Counted from the stretch's first letter, positions 38,764 to 48,277 are shown. The stretch is 64,000 bases of DNA from an uncultured Chloroflexia bacterium (GCA_963748625.1 CAVVJT010000004.1:224001-288000); one strand, 5' to 3'. Numbers and translations are program-made. The notes: generated by a model from the letters alone, not told the origin.

Positions 38764-39342
38764 TTGGAGATCCGCCCGCTCGCCGCAGACACGTGGCCCG
38801 CCCTCGCCGAGCTGTTCGCAGCCGGCGGCGACCCCAAGTGGTGCTGGTGCCAGTACTGGCGCAAGCCCGGCGCGAACTGGTCGAACACGACGCCAGACGA
38901 CAACCGGGCCGACCTCGAGGCGCTGGTGGGCGCCGATCCTTCGCCCGGGCTCGTGGCGCTCCAGGATGGCGTCGCGGTCGGCTGGGTGGGGCTGGGGCCG
39001 CGCGAGGATTTCCCGAGGCTGGCCCGGAGTCGGACGATCCCGCAGCTCCCGGGCGAGCGCGTGTGGGTGGTGAACTGCTTCGTCGTGGCGAGGGCGGCGC
39101 GGGGGAGCGGGTTGGCCACCGCCCTGCTCGAGGCCGCGGTGACGTACGCGGCCGAGCACGGGGCGCGGCTGGTCGAGGGCTACCCGGTCCAGACCGGGGG
39201 CGAGCGGATGAGCTCCGCGTCGGCGTATACCGGGACGGCCGGAATGTTCGAGCGTGCCGGGTTCTCGGAGGCCGCACCGACCACGTCGAAGGCGGCGAAG
39301 GGGGTGCCCCGGGTGGTGATGCGCCGCGAGGTCGCCCGATAG
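38764..39342 (+). CDS. GNAT N-acetyltransferase
   Basis: WCWCQYWR, VGWVGLGPR, CFVV..RGSG, EGYPV, MFERAGF; TTG start at 38764. Confidence 0.85.
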   Translation: MEIRPLAADTWPALAELFAAGGDPKWCWCQYWRKPGANWSNTTPDDNRADLEALVGADPSPGLVALQDGVAVGWVGLGPREDFPRLARSRTIPQLPGERVWVVNCFVVARAARGSGLATALLEAAVTYAAEHGARLVEGYPVQTGGERMSSASAYTGTAGMFERAGFSEAAPTTSKAAKGVPRVVMRREVAR

Positions 39343-39385
39343 GGCCCGGCCTGCGGTCTGGCCTGGTCGCCTCGCCTGCCGCCTG

Positions 39386-39515
39386 GCGGACCCTGCGTGC
39401 AGAATCTCGCACAATTCAACCGCCCAGCGGGCACCAACGCTCGCCGAGGCCCGGATTCGGTCCCCATCTCCCGGCCAGCGGGCAGGGCGTGCAGGATTCC
39501 GCACGCAAGGCCCGC
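39386..39515. repeat. TIR mini-element family A, copy 2
   Basis: gcggaccctgcgtgcagaatc...gattccgcacgcaaggcccgc; the reverse complement of its last 15 nt matches the left arm of the 4542 copy. Confidence 0.75.
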
Positions 39516-39574
39516 TGCGCGGCAGCCCAGGCCGTGGGTCCCGCGCCGGGTCTGGCCTGCCCGAACGTCGCCGG

Positions 39575-40487
39575 CTACTCGACGCCGAACACCTCGGCGC
39601 AGGGGTCCTCTCCTGCAACGATGGTCCGGACGGTGAGCCCGAACGTGGCGCTCGTCTCGGGGGTGGCGGTCCACTGGGTGAGCTGGTTCGCCTGGCCCAG
39701 TGCCTCGCCCATGGTGACCGCATCCTGGCCGGTGACCACGCCGCAGCGCTCGCTCCCGGACATGACCGGCGCACCGAACTCGTTCACCGGCGTGTCCAAC
39801 GGCCAGACCATGACATCGCCACCCATGCCCGGCTCAGGGGCCGGCGCCTGCCCGATCAGGATCGCGTAGCCGGCCGGCGTGTACGGGCCCTCGGGGCCCA
39901 GCTCCGTGTTGAGGTTGCCGGGCAGGTCGGCGAGCTTCCACCACAGTGACGAGAAGGCCGCGGGCGTGCCTGGAACCACGTCCCCGGCGACCGGCATCTC
40001 GCCGGGGATGCCCGTGAGCGTGACCAGGCTGCCATCCACCGTCAGCTCGATGCGCCCGGTGATCCCGCCGGGCATGCCGCCACCGCCGGTGAAGTCGGTC
40101 TCCCCGCTCGAGCAGCCCCAGCTCCTCGGCCCAGGCGAGGATCTCCGCCTTGCCGGCGTCGCTGACCTGGCGACCGAAGAGCGGATAGACGAGCGGACCC
40201 GGGAAGATCGCCGGCACCGCGCCGGGCAGCACGAGCACCCCGGTGCTGTCGATGACGGCGGTGTCCCCGACCCCGAACAGGTTCTGGGGCGGGATGGCCT
40301 GCCAGGTGGAGAGGCGCATCCAGTAGGTGGCATCGGCGGGGAGAGGCGAGGCGGTCGGGACCACGGGCGTCGGGTCGTCGGGACCTGGGGAAGCGGCCGG
40401 TGGGGCGGATGGGGAGCCGGTGCCGCCGCAGGCGGCGACGACCAGCAGCGCGAGGGTCGGGAGGAGGAGGCGACGGGCAGGATGCAT
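39575..40487 (-). CDS. hypothetical lipoprotein (frameshift at about 40110)
   Basis: MHPARRLLLPTLALLVVAAC lipobox; the coding signal continues in another frame (ETDFTGGG...DPCAEVFGVE*). Confidence 0.7.
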
Positions 40488-40581
40488 GGCGGGCGGATTC
40501 CTCTCTGCTGGACGCGCAGCCGTGACGCCGGCGCCCCAAGCCGGGTTCCACAGTACGTCGTTTGTCCCACGCCCAAGGGGG

Positions 40582-40611
40582 TTGACCGGGCGCAACGGAC
40601 CGGCGTAGACT
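40582..40611 (+). promoter_or_regulatory. sigma70-type promoter
   Basis: TTGACC -18 nt- TAGACT. Confidence 0.7.
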
Positions 40612-40666
40612 CCGCGGCGGTCGAGCAGGTCGCTCGGCATGTCCACCTGACGGAGGCGACGCGCAC

Positions 40667-40750
40667 ATGCTGCACACCGCCCTCACCTTCTCGCGCAAGG
40701 CGGCCCTCTGCGGCCCCGACCGCGGGAGGAGTGTGCCCACCAGCAGGTAG
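40667..40750 (+). CDS. putative 27-aa leader peptide MLHTALTFSRKAALCGPDRGRSVPTSR
   Basis: GGAGG SD at 40652; lies between the promoter and a terminator hairpin. Confidence 0.55.
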   Translation: MLHTALTFSRKAALCGPDRGRSVPTSR

Positions 40751-40785
40751 GACGCCGGAGCCAGGGGCTCCAGCAAGCGACCACC

Positions 40786-40820
40786 GAGCCGTGGGCCACC
40801 GGGCCCCCGGCTCTTTCGTT
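40786..40820 (+). terminator. intrinsic terminator/attenuator in the 5' leader
   Basis: gagccgtgggcc-accg-ggcccccggctc + TTTCGTT; competing pairing with 40757-40771. Confidence 0.7.
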
Positions 40821-40969
40821 CTCCTAGGGCAGATCACGCCCGCAGAAGACGACCCGAGCCGTGAGGCCCCCGCAAGATGCCGGGCCCACGGCTCGTCCCA
40901 TGTCTGGGATCCGTGGACCGGCTCGTGAACAACTCGAGCCAGCTTCACCCATCCACGCAGGAGGGTCCC

Positions 40970-41863
40970 GTGACCACCACCATCGCGCCCGAACTGAAGA
41001 TCACCAGCCCGGCCGGCACGGCCGCCACGGCGACGACGCGCGCGACGGTCGCCGGGGCACCCGCCCTGCTCGTCGAGCACGTCACCAAGCGTTTCAAGGT
41101 CGACCGGCGCAAGCCCCCGGTCCTCGCGATCGACGATGTCTCGCTCCGCCTGGAGCGCGGCACGATCCACGGGGTCCTGGGCGCCAACGGCTCCGGCAAG
41201 TCCACGCTCATCCGCCTCATCTCGGGGTTGCTGACCCTGGACGAGGGCCGGGTTGAGGTGTTCGGCTTCGACGTTGAGCGTGACGAGCTCGCCGTGAAGC
41301 GGCTCCTCAACCGCGTCTCGGTCGATGCGGCCTTCTTCAAGAAGCTGAGCCCCATGGAGAACCTGCTGTTCGCCGCCCGCCTGTACGGCCTCGACGCCGG
41401 CAGCGCGAAGCGGGAGGCGACACGGATCCTCGCCAGGCTCGGCATCGCGGAGAGCCGCCTCGGCCGGCCGGTGGAGCAGATGAGCCGGGGCATGCAGCAG
41501 AAGGTCGCCATCGCGCGAGCCCTGCTGACCAGCCCCACGCTGCTGCTCCTCGACGAGCCGACCACGGGCCTCGACCCGCGCAGCAAGCTCGACGTCCAGG
41601 CCTTCGTGGAAGAGGTCAACGCGGCGCACAACGCCACGATCGTCCTCACCACCCACGACCTGGCCGAGGCGGAGCGCCTCTGCGAGCGGATCACGATCCT
41701 CGCCGGAGGAAAGGTGGTCGCCGAGGACACGCCCGATGGCCTCAAGCGCCTGGTTGCCGAGAAGTACGGCAAGGAGCCGACGCTCGAGGCCGTGTTCATG
41801 ACCTTCACCGGTCGCTCGCTCGATGACGACGACGTCGAGGGCGCGGAGACCGACACCGATTGA
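40970..41863 (+). CDS. ABC-2/DrrA-type exporter ATP-binding protein
   Basis: GANGSGKST, MSRGMQQK, LLLDEPTTGLD, TTHDL.EAE, PTLEAVF; SD AGGAGG. Confidence 0.92.
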   Translation: MTTTIAPELKITSPAGTAATATTRATVAGAPALLVEHVTKRFKVDRRKPPVLAIDDVSLRLERGTIHGVLGANGSGKSTLIRLISGLLTLDEGRVEVFGFDVERDELAVKRLLNRVSVDAAFFKKLSPMENLLFAARLYGLDAGSAKREATRILARLGIAESRLGRPVEQMSRGMQQKVAIARALLTSPTLLLLDEPTTGLDPRSKLDVQAFVEEVNAAHNATIVLTTHDLAEAERLCERITILAGGKVVAEDTPDGLKRLVAEKYGKEPTLEAVFMTFTGRSLDDDDVEGAETDTD

Positions 41864-41885
41864 CACCACGAAAGGAGGTGCCGCG

Positions 41886-42173
41886 ATGACCAGCTTCGCC
41901 ACCAACCGCGACGCACGCCCCACGCGGGCCCACACCTTCACGCACGACTCCACGTTCCGAAAGGACACCCACATGTTCTCCGCCGAACTCCGGCTGGCGG
42001 ACATCCGGGAGCAGCACGAGCAGCACCGGTCCATCCGCCACGCCGAGCGCCACAGTTCCAGCCGTGGGCGCTCCATCCGTCACCGCCTCGGCGAGTCGCT
42101 CATGCGGCTCGGCCGCCGGATCGGTGGCGAGACACTGACCGACAACCTGACCACCCCGGCGTGGCAGGGATGA
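41886..42173 (+). CDS. small basic His/Arg-rich hypothetical protein (alternative start 41973)
   Basis: SD AAAGGAGGT before ATG 41886 and AAAGGA before in-frame ATG 41973; C-terminal amphipathic RHRLGESLMRLGRRI. Confidence 0.65.
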   Translation: MTSFATNRDARPTRAHTFTHDSTFRKDTHMFSAELRLADIREQHEQHRSIRHAERHSSSRGRSIRHRLGESLMRLGRRIGGETLTDNLTTPAWQG

Positions 42174-42254
42174 GCCCCACGCTCGTCCCCGCCACGTCCC
42201 CACCCCAGGCCCGGCACAGAGCCGGGCCGGGGGCCCTCCGCAAAGGATCGAACC

Positions 42255-43058
42255 GTGGCCTTGCTCACTCATGAGCTGAGGGCGTCCTACGCCTTCGTCG
42301 AACGCAACTTCTTCCTCACGCGCCGGTACTGGGGGTGGGAGCTGGCCTTCCTCGTCTACTCCGTCGCGGGCGCGCTCTCGATCAGCCTGATCGGCGCCGC
42401 GGAGGGGAACGAGCGGCTGCTGCTCACCCTCATCATCGGCGCGGTCTTCTGGAACTACCTCTCCGTCGTCTTCTCCTGGATCGCCGAGACGATCGCGGTG
42501 GAGCGCTGGGAGGGCACGCTCGAATACACCTTCATGGCGCCGGTCCGGCGCTGGACCCAGCTGCTCGGCTCCTGCACGTACGCAATGGGCTACGGCCTGG
42601 TCCACACGGCGGCGATGCTGGTCGTGCTCACGATCTTCTACCGGGGCCTGAACCTCTCGGTCGACAACGTGGCGACCGCGGCGGTCTTCGTGCTCCTTGG
42701 CTCCTTCAGCTTCGTCGGCATCGGGATGATGGCGGCCATCCTGCCGTTGCTCTACGTGGAGCGCGGCGCGCAGATGACGTTCGTCATCCAGTCCTGCCTT
42801 CTGCTCATCTCGGGGGTCTACTACCCGGTCGAGGTGCTGCCGCAGTGGATGCAGGTGCTGTCGGCGTTCTCACCCGCGACGTACGTCCTCGACGGCGTCC
42901 GGGCCGCCATGCTCGACGATGTGCCGCTCACGGCGCTCGTGGGCGACATCGTGCCGCTGATCGTGATGGGCTTCGTGTTCATCCCGCTCGGTATCTGGGC
43001 CTTCGGGCGGGCCGAGCGGTACGCGAAGCGCACCGGCAAGCTCAAGCGGGTCGGGTGA
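42255..43058 (+). CDS. ABC-2 type exporter permease
   Basis: ERWEGTLEYTFMAP, SGVYYPVEVLPQW..LSAFSPATY..GVR. Confidence 0.92.
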   Translation: MALLTHELRASYAFVERNFFLTRRYWGWELAFLVYSVAGALSISLIGAAEGNERLLLTLIIGAVFWNYLSVVFSWIAETIAVERWEGTLEYTFMAPVRRWTQLLGSCTYAMGYGLVHTAAMLVVLTIFYRGLNLSVDNVATAAVFVLLGSFSFVGIGMMAAILPLLYVERGAQMTFVIQSCLLLISGVYYPVEVLPQWMQVLSAFSPATYVLDGVRAAMLDDVPLTALVGDIVPLIVMGFVFIPLGIWAFGRAERYAKRTGKLKRVG

Positions 43059-44194
43059 TGGCGACGATGCTCCCCCACCCCGCCCTCACCTCCCTCGGCT
43101 GGGACCCGCGCTGGGCCGCCGCCTTCGAGCCGTTCCACGCGGCCGGCTGGCGACCCGCCCGGGTCACCGCCGCGCACCGCGACCGCTGGGTCGTGGCGCT
43201 CCCGTCCGGTGATCGCGACGCCGTGATCTCCGGGCGCCTGCGCCACGACGCGCTCGGCCCGGGCGACCTGCCCGCCGTCGGCGACTGGGTGGCCGCGTCC
43301 GGCGCGGGTACCGGAGCCGATGACGGCGAGGCCTGGACCACCGTGATCCAGGCCGTCGTCCCCCGCCGCTCCGCGTTCCGCCGCAGCGCCGGAGAGGAAC
43401 GGCTGGCCGGGAACCTCTCGTCCGAGCAGGTCCTTGCCGCCAACGTGGATGTGGCGTTCGTCGTCGCGGGCCTCGACGGCGACTTCAACCTGCGGCGACT
43501 CGAGCGCTACCTCGCCGTCGCCTGGAGCGGCGGTGCGACGCCCGTGATCCTGCTCAACAAGGCCGATGTCGCGGACGACCCCGGCAGCCTCCGAGTGGCG
43601 GCCGAGGCGATCGCACCCGGCGTCGAGGTGCGGACGGTGTCCGCGCTCACCGGCGAGGGCGTGGAGGCACTCGGTGGGGACCACCTCGCACGGGGACGGA
43701 CCGCGGTCCTCCTCGGCTCGTCGGGCGTGGGCAAGTCCACCCTGGTCAATGCGCTCGTGGGTGCCGAGCGCCAGCGCACCGCTGCCGTCCGCGAGGACGA
43801 CGCCCGTGGCCGGCACACGACCACGCACCGCGAGCTCATCCGGCTGCCGGGTGGTGCGCTCCTGATTGACACTCCGGGTATCAGGTCGCTCGGTGTGGCG
43901 GGCGCCTGGGAAGGCATCGACAGCGCGTTCGCCGACATCGACAGGCTCGCCGCGTCCTGCCGCTTCGGCGACTGCTCACATGATGGCGAGCCAAGCTGCG
44001 AGGTCCGGGCCGCGCTCGACGACGGGCGCCTCGCCCCGGAGCGGTTCGCCAGCTACCGCAAGCTCGAGCGTGAGGCGGCCCACGTCGCGCGCTCCAATGA
44101 CGCGCTCCTGCGGATCGCCGAGCGCAAGAAGTGGAAGTCCATCCACCAGTCCGTGAAGATCCACATGGACCACAAGTACGGGAGCGAGCGATGA
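43058..44194 (+). CDS. rsgA: ribosome small subunit-dependent GTPase A
   Basis: AVGDWV, AANVD, LNKAD, GSSGVGKSTLVN, GRHTTT, DTPG, CRFGDCSHDGEPSC zinc finger. Confidence 0.95.
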   Translation: MATMLPHPALTSLGWDPRWAAAFEPFHAAGWRPARVTAAHRDRWVVALPSGDRDAVISGRLRHDALGPGDLPAVGDWVAASGAGTGADDGEAWTTVIQAVVPRRSAFRRSAGEERLAGNLSSEQVLAANVDVAFVVAGLDGDFNLRRLERYLAVAWSGGATPVILLNKADVADDPGSLRVAAEAIAPGVEVRTVSALTGEGVEALGGDHLARGRTAVLLGSSGVGKSTLVNALVGAERQRTAAVREDDARGRHTTTHRELIRLPGGALLIDTPGIRSLGVAGAWEGIDSAFADIDRLAASCRFGDCSHDGEPSCEVRAALDDGRLAPERFASYRKLEREAAHVARSNDALLRIAERKKWKSIHQSVKIHMDHKYGSER

Positions 44195-45210
44195 CCTCGA
44201 CCGTGATGCCGGCCCTGCCGCCGGCGGACGTGGCGCACTCGGTCGTCTACCGCCACTATCAGGGGCCGGGTGAGCTGCCCGGGATGATGGAGGCGAACCG
44301 GCGCCTGCGGACCCTGTGCGGGATCCTCGAGCCGATCGACATGGCGTCGATCGAGCACCGCTACAGCCACCTGGTCAACTCCGACCCGCTCGTGGACTGC
44401 ATCGTGGTCACGCGGGACGGCGAGACGGTGGGGTATGCGCGCGTTGAGTGGCACAACCTGGTCGACGGCGACCGCATGTACGACCACACCATGGTCGTGG
44501 CGCCGGACGCCTGGGGTCTGGGCATCACCGATGCCCTGCTCGAATGGTGCGAGGGCCGTCAGCGGCAGATCGCCGAGGGCCACATCGACGGCCGGCGCGG
44601 CTGGCTCTCGACGTTCCTGTTCAACGGCGACGTCGAGGGCCATGCGGCCTTCGAACGCACGGGTATGAGATCGTCCGGCTCGGCGCGGACATGCTCCGGC
44701 CGGACCTCGAGCGATCTGCCTCCGGTCGTCGTGCCGGACGGCTACGTGCTCCGGACACCGGCGGCCGAGGAGCTGCCAGCTGTCCACGCGATGAACCTCG
44801 AGGCGTTCCGCGATCACTGGGGCGAGCCGGAGGACCAGGGGGAGGACTCGCTTGGCGAGTGGATCGAGGATCCCCGCTTCGCACTCGACCTTGTCGCCGT
44901 CGCGTGGCACGCGGGACAGCCTGCGTGCATGGTGGGCGGCATGCTCGAGCCGCAGGCCGACGGGTCGATCCGGGGCTATGTCTCCTCGGTGGGGACGCAG
45001 CCGCAGCACCGGCGGCGGGGCCTGGCGCGGGCGATGCTGACCGAGGTGCTGCACCGCCTGCGGGACGCCGGTGCCACCAGTGCGTATCTCGGCGTCGACG
45101 CGCAGAATCAGCGCGCATTCACCCTGTACGAGGAGCTCGGCTTCCACAAGGAGGGCACCGAGACAACGTGGCGCAAGCCGCTCCGGGCCGGAGAGGGACC
45201 AATGGCATGA
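44191..45210 (+). CDS. tandem-domain GNAT acetyltransferase (MshD-like); compensated frameshift at about 44660-44712
   Basis: AFRDHWG, QHRRRGLARA, LGVDAQN..AFTLYEELGF; the YEIVRLGADMLRPDL segment lies in another frame. Confidence 0.85.
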   Translation: MTSTVMPALPPADVAHSVVYRHYQGPGELPGMMEANRRLRTLCGILEPIDMASIEHRYSHLVNSDPLVDCIVVTRDGETVGYARVEWHNLVDGDRMYDHTMVVAPDAWGLGITDALLEWCEGRQRQIAEGHIDGRRGWLSTFLFNGDVEGHAAFERTGMRSSGSARTCSGRTSSDLPPVVVPDGYVLRTPAAEELPAVHAMNLEAFRDHWGEPEDQGEDSLGEWIEDPRFALDLVAVAWHAGQPACMVGGMLEPQADGSIRGYVSSVGTQPQHRRRGLARAMLTEVLHRLRDAGATSAYLGVDAQNQRAFTLYEELGFHKEGTETTWRKPLRAGEGPMA

Positions 45211-46220
45211 GCATGGTGATCGACGGATCAGCCGTCACCTATCGGACGGGCACCGCGGCCGACTGGGACGCGATCGCCGCGATCGTCAACGCCGCGCGCA
45301 GAGCCGACGACCTCGCCGAGGTCCGCACCGGCGAGAGCATGGCCGACGAGTACCGGGACACGGACTTCTTCCGGCTGGCCCGTGACTCGTTGCTGGCTGA
45401 GATCGATGGCCGGGTGGTCGCCTGGAGCAGCGGGTACCTGACCGTGCGTGATGGCGTGCTGATGGGTGAGACGCACGGCGACGTGCATCCGGACTGGCGC
45501 CGGCGGGGTATCGGCGGGTCGCTGATGGACCGCCATCACCAGCGGCTTGCCGCGCTGGCGGCCGTCGACCCCCGGCCCGGCCCCCGTGAGCTCCGGACGT
45601 ACTGCATGGAGGTGGAGGCGGGCGATCTCGCGCTGCTCCGCAGTCGCGGGTACGTCCCGGTGCGGTTCGGGTTCGAGATGCGGCGGTTCCTCACCGGCGC
45701 CCTGCCGGAGATCCCAGTGCCCGACGGCCTGGTGGTGCGGCCACCCACGGAGGCCGAGTACCGGACCGTCTTCGACGCGGACGATGAGGCCTTCGGGGAC
45801 CACTGGGGCCACCGGGCTGCGGACGAGGCCGACTTCCAGGCCCGCTTCTACGGCGTCGAGATGGACCCTTCGCTGTACCTCGTGGCATGGGACGGCGACC
45901 AGGTCGCGGGCGTGGTGATGAACGCGATCTTCGCCGAGGAGAACGCGGAGATCGGCGTGCAGCGCGGCTGGCTGGAACACGTCTCCGTCCGGCGTCCGTG
46001 GCGGGGTCGGGGTGTCGCGAAGGCCCTGTGCGCGGCGTCCTTCCGGCTGCTCCGTGACAAGGGCATCGACGAGGCCTGGCTGGGCGTGGACGCGGCGAAC
46101 CCGACCGGCGCCCTGCAGTTGTACGAGGGCCTCGGGTTCGGCACGGTCAGGCGCTGGTTCGCCTACGGACGCCCGATGGACCGCGATGCGCCCGACGGCT
46201 GGCAGAGCGGCCAGCCCTGA
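45207..46220 (+). CDS. tandem-domain GNAT acetyltransferase (MshD-like), paralog of the upstream gene
   Basis: VHPDWRRRGIG, AFGDHWG, WRGRGVAKAL, LGVDAANPTGALQLYEGLGF. Confidence 0.9.
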   Translation: MSMVIDGSAVTYRTGTAADWDAIAAIVNAARRADDLAEVRTGESMADEYRDTDFFRLARDSLLAEIDGRVVAWSSGYLTVRDGVLMGETHGDVHPDWRRRGIGGSLMDRHHQRLAALAAVDPRPGPRELRTYCMEVEAGDLALLRSRGYVPVRFGFEMRRFLTGALPEIPVPDGLVVRPPTEAEYRTVFDADDEAFGDHWGHRAADEADFQARFYGVEMDPSLYLVAWDGDQVAGVVMNAIFAEENAEIGVQRGWLEHVSVRRPWRGRGVAKALCAASFRLLRDKGIDEAWLGVDAANPTGALQLYEGLGFGTVRRWFAYGRPMDRDAPDGWQSGQP

Positions 46221-46243
46221 CGGGTGGACATGGAGGAGGAACC

Positions 46244-46627
46244 GTGAGCAGGACCGCCATCACTGCCGCCGGCGCCGTTGCCGTCGGCCCGTACTCGCAC
46301 GGGATCGCGAGCGGCGGGTTCGTCTTCCTGTCGGGCCAGACCCCGCTGGATCCCGCGACGGGAAGGCTGGTCGATGGGGACATCGCCGCGCAGACAGGCC
46401 AGTGCCTCGCGAACCTCGGGGCGGTGCTGGCGGGTGCCGGCCTGGACAGTTCCGATGTGGTCGAATGCCACGTGTTCCTGGTGGACATGTCGGACTTCGC
46501 CGCCATGAACGCGGTGTACGCCGAGCACTTCACCGAGCCCTACCCGGCCCGGACCACGATCGGCGTGGCGGCGCTCCCGCTCGGAGCCCGGGTGGAGATC
46601 AGGCTGGTGGCGCGGGCGCGCGCATGA
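46244..46627 (+). CDS. ridA: RidA/YjgF reactive imine deaminase
   Basis: GPYSHG, FLSGQTPLDP, DFAAMNAVY, PARTTIGVAALPLGARVEI. Confidence 0.92.
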   Translation: MSRTAITAAGAVAVGPYSHGIASGGFVFLSGQTPLDPATGRLVDGDIAAQTGQCLANLGAVLAGAGLDSSDVVECHVFLVDMSDFAAMNAVYAEHFTEPYPARTTIGVAALPLGARVEIRLVARARA

Positions 46628-46683
46628 GGCGCCGTGACACCGCTCCCGCCGGGCGCCCGCTGCGGGAGGGCCGCCGGTCTATT

Positions 46684-46813
46684 CCCGCGGGGATGAAATC
46701 GCCGATCTATCCGTGTGGGGATGGACCCGGGGGTGACCGTGCAGGGCTCGGACCATGAACCCGGGTTCGGTGCGTGACCCCTGCACACCGTGGGCGGATT
46801 TCATTCCCACGGG
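46684..46813. repeat. TIR mini-element family C
   Basis: cccgcggggatgaaatcgcc...ggcggatttcattcccacggg, an imperfect IR of about 20 bp. Confidence 0.65.
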
Positions 46814-46839
46814 TGCTTGGATTGTTGGCCGATTCGATC

Positions 46840-46895
46840 CGCGCAGGAATGGATCGCGGGATCTAGCCACGCGCAGGAATGGATCGTGGAACCTG
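46840..46895. repeat. 30-bp tandem duplication
   Basis: cgcgcaggaatggatcg at 46840 and 46870. Confidence 0.7.
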
Positions 46896-47115
46896 TCCCC
46901 GTGGAGCCTGTCGACGGCGACGGTGTCGCCGGGTGGCGGCTGAACTGCGCCACCCGCAACCTGCTCAACCTCTGGCGCAGCCGCCTGGACCGCGGTCCTG
47001 ACAGGCCATGAGGACCCGGGGTCCGGCGCTGGGCCGCAGGGCCGCAGCCGGCCTGAGGCCAGCGGGGTCGGACACCGAACCTCAAGCCGGGACGGAGCCC
47101 AGCCCGTCGTCCGGA

Positions 47116-47754
47116 TCAGAACGGGAGCCGGCGCTGGTCGCGGACCATCTCCATCCACTGGCGCTCGCGGCCGATCGTCGTCGGGGCGCCGTGCCCGGGC
47201 AGCACCTTCAGTGAATCGTCCAGGCGGGTGAGCCGCGCGATGGACTCCACCATCAGCTCCGGGGAGCCACCCGGCAGGTCCACCCGCCCCCACCCGTCGG
47301 GGAACAGCGTGTCGCCGCTGTAGAGCGCGCCGTTCTCGCGGTCGAGCAGGCAGACCGAGCCCTCTGTGTGGCCCGGCGTGTGCATGACCTCGAGGCGAAT
47401 GCTGCCGATGCGCACCTCACCGCCCTCGGCAAGCTCCACGGCGGGCACACACGCCGGGATATCGAAGGGTGAGAACAGCGGCTCGGGCTTGATGAGCCGG
47501 TAGGCGTCAGCAGGGTGGACGGCGATCTGCGCACCCGTGTGCTCGGCGAGGGCCGCGTTGTCGCCCATGTGGTCCCAGTGGCCGTGCGTGGTGACGATCA
47601 GCTTGAGCGTCCAGCCGCGCCGCTCCAGCTCGTCTGCGACCAGGGCGACGCACGGGATTGCGGTGTCGATCGCGATCGCCTCGCGGGTGGCCGGGTCCGC
47701 CAGCAGGTACAGGTTGGTCTTCAGCGGCCCGATGACCGCGCTGAGGTGCTCCAT
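47116..47754 (-). CDS. MBL-fold metallo-hydrolase (glyoxalase II/YcbL-like)
   Basis: THGHWDHMG, HTPGHTEGS, SGDTLF..GWGRVDLPGG, PGHG..TTIGRER. Confidence 0.92.
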   Translation of the reverse strand: MEHLSAVIGPLKTNLYLLADPATREAIAIDTAIPCVALVADELERRGWTLKLIVTTHGHWDHMGDNAALAEHTGAQIAVHPADAYRLIKPEPLFSPFDIPACVPAVELAEGGEVRIGSIRLEVMHTPGHTEGSVCLLDRENGALYSGDTLFPDGWGRVDLPGGSPELMVESIARLTRLDDSLKVLPGHGAPTTIGRERQWMEMVRDQRRLPF

Positions 47755-47881
47755 CGTCCGCGGAGTGTCGCACGGCCGCCCCAAATCGGGCCGGTTTCGA
47801 CGGAGGTCGCCTGAAGCGGGGACGTCCGGCCCTCGCACGAGCAGGAACACGCGTGCATGCTCCGCGATGGAGGTGGTCGCA

Positions 47882-48127
47882 ATGACGGCCCCAATTCGCA
47901 TCAAGGCCAGCATCACGCCCTGGGACGACACAGAGTTTGTGCGGACCTTCGAGCGGGCACGCGACGAGGTCCACCAGACGGCGGACCCGGACGGGCCGAA
48001 GGCCGGCGCGTTTGTCCAGCACCGGCTCCGCGAGGCAGGCTACGCCAACGCCACCGTTGACGTCATCCGCACCGTGGCCGAGGCGCTCGAGCACACGTCC
48101 CACTGGCTCGTCCGCCGCGACGGCTGA
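47882..48127 (+). CDS. small hypothetical protein (81 aa)
   Basis: SD GGAGGT, GC3-biased codons, divergent from the MBL gene. Confidence 0.65.
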   Translation: MTAPIRIKASITPWDDTEFVRTFERARDEVHQTADPDGPKAGAFVQHRLREAGYANATVDVIRTVAEALEHTSHWLVRRDG

Positions 48128-48277
48128 ACACCGCCCGCGCGCCACGCCGGACCGCCGTGACCGCGGTCCACTTCGGTGCGCCGCGATCCTCGCGGGGAAC
48201 CCGTCCGGATCAGCCCGCCTCGAGCTTGGCCCTGGTGCAGGCGGACGCCTGGCCGATCAGCCTGTCCGTGGTGCTGC

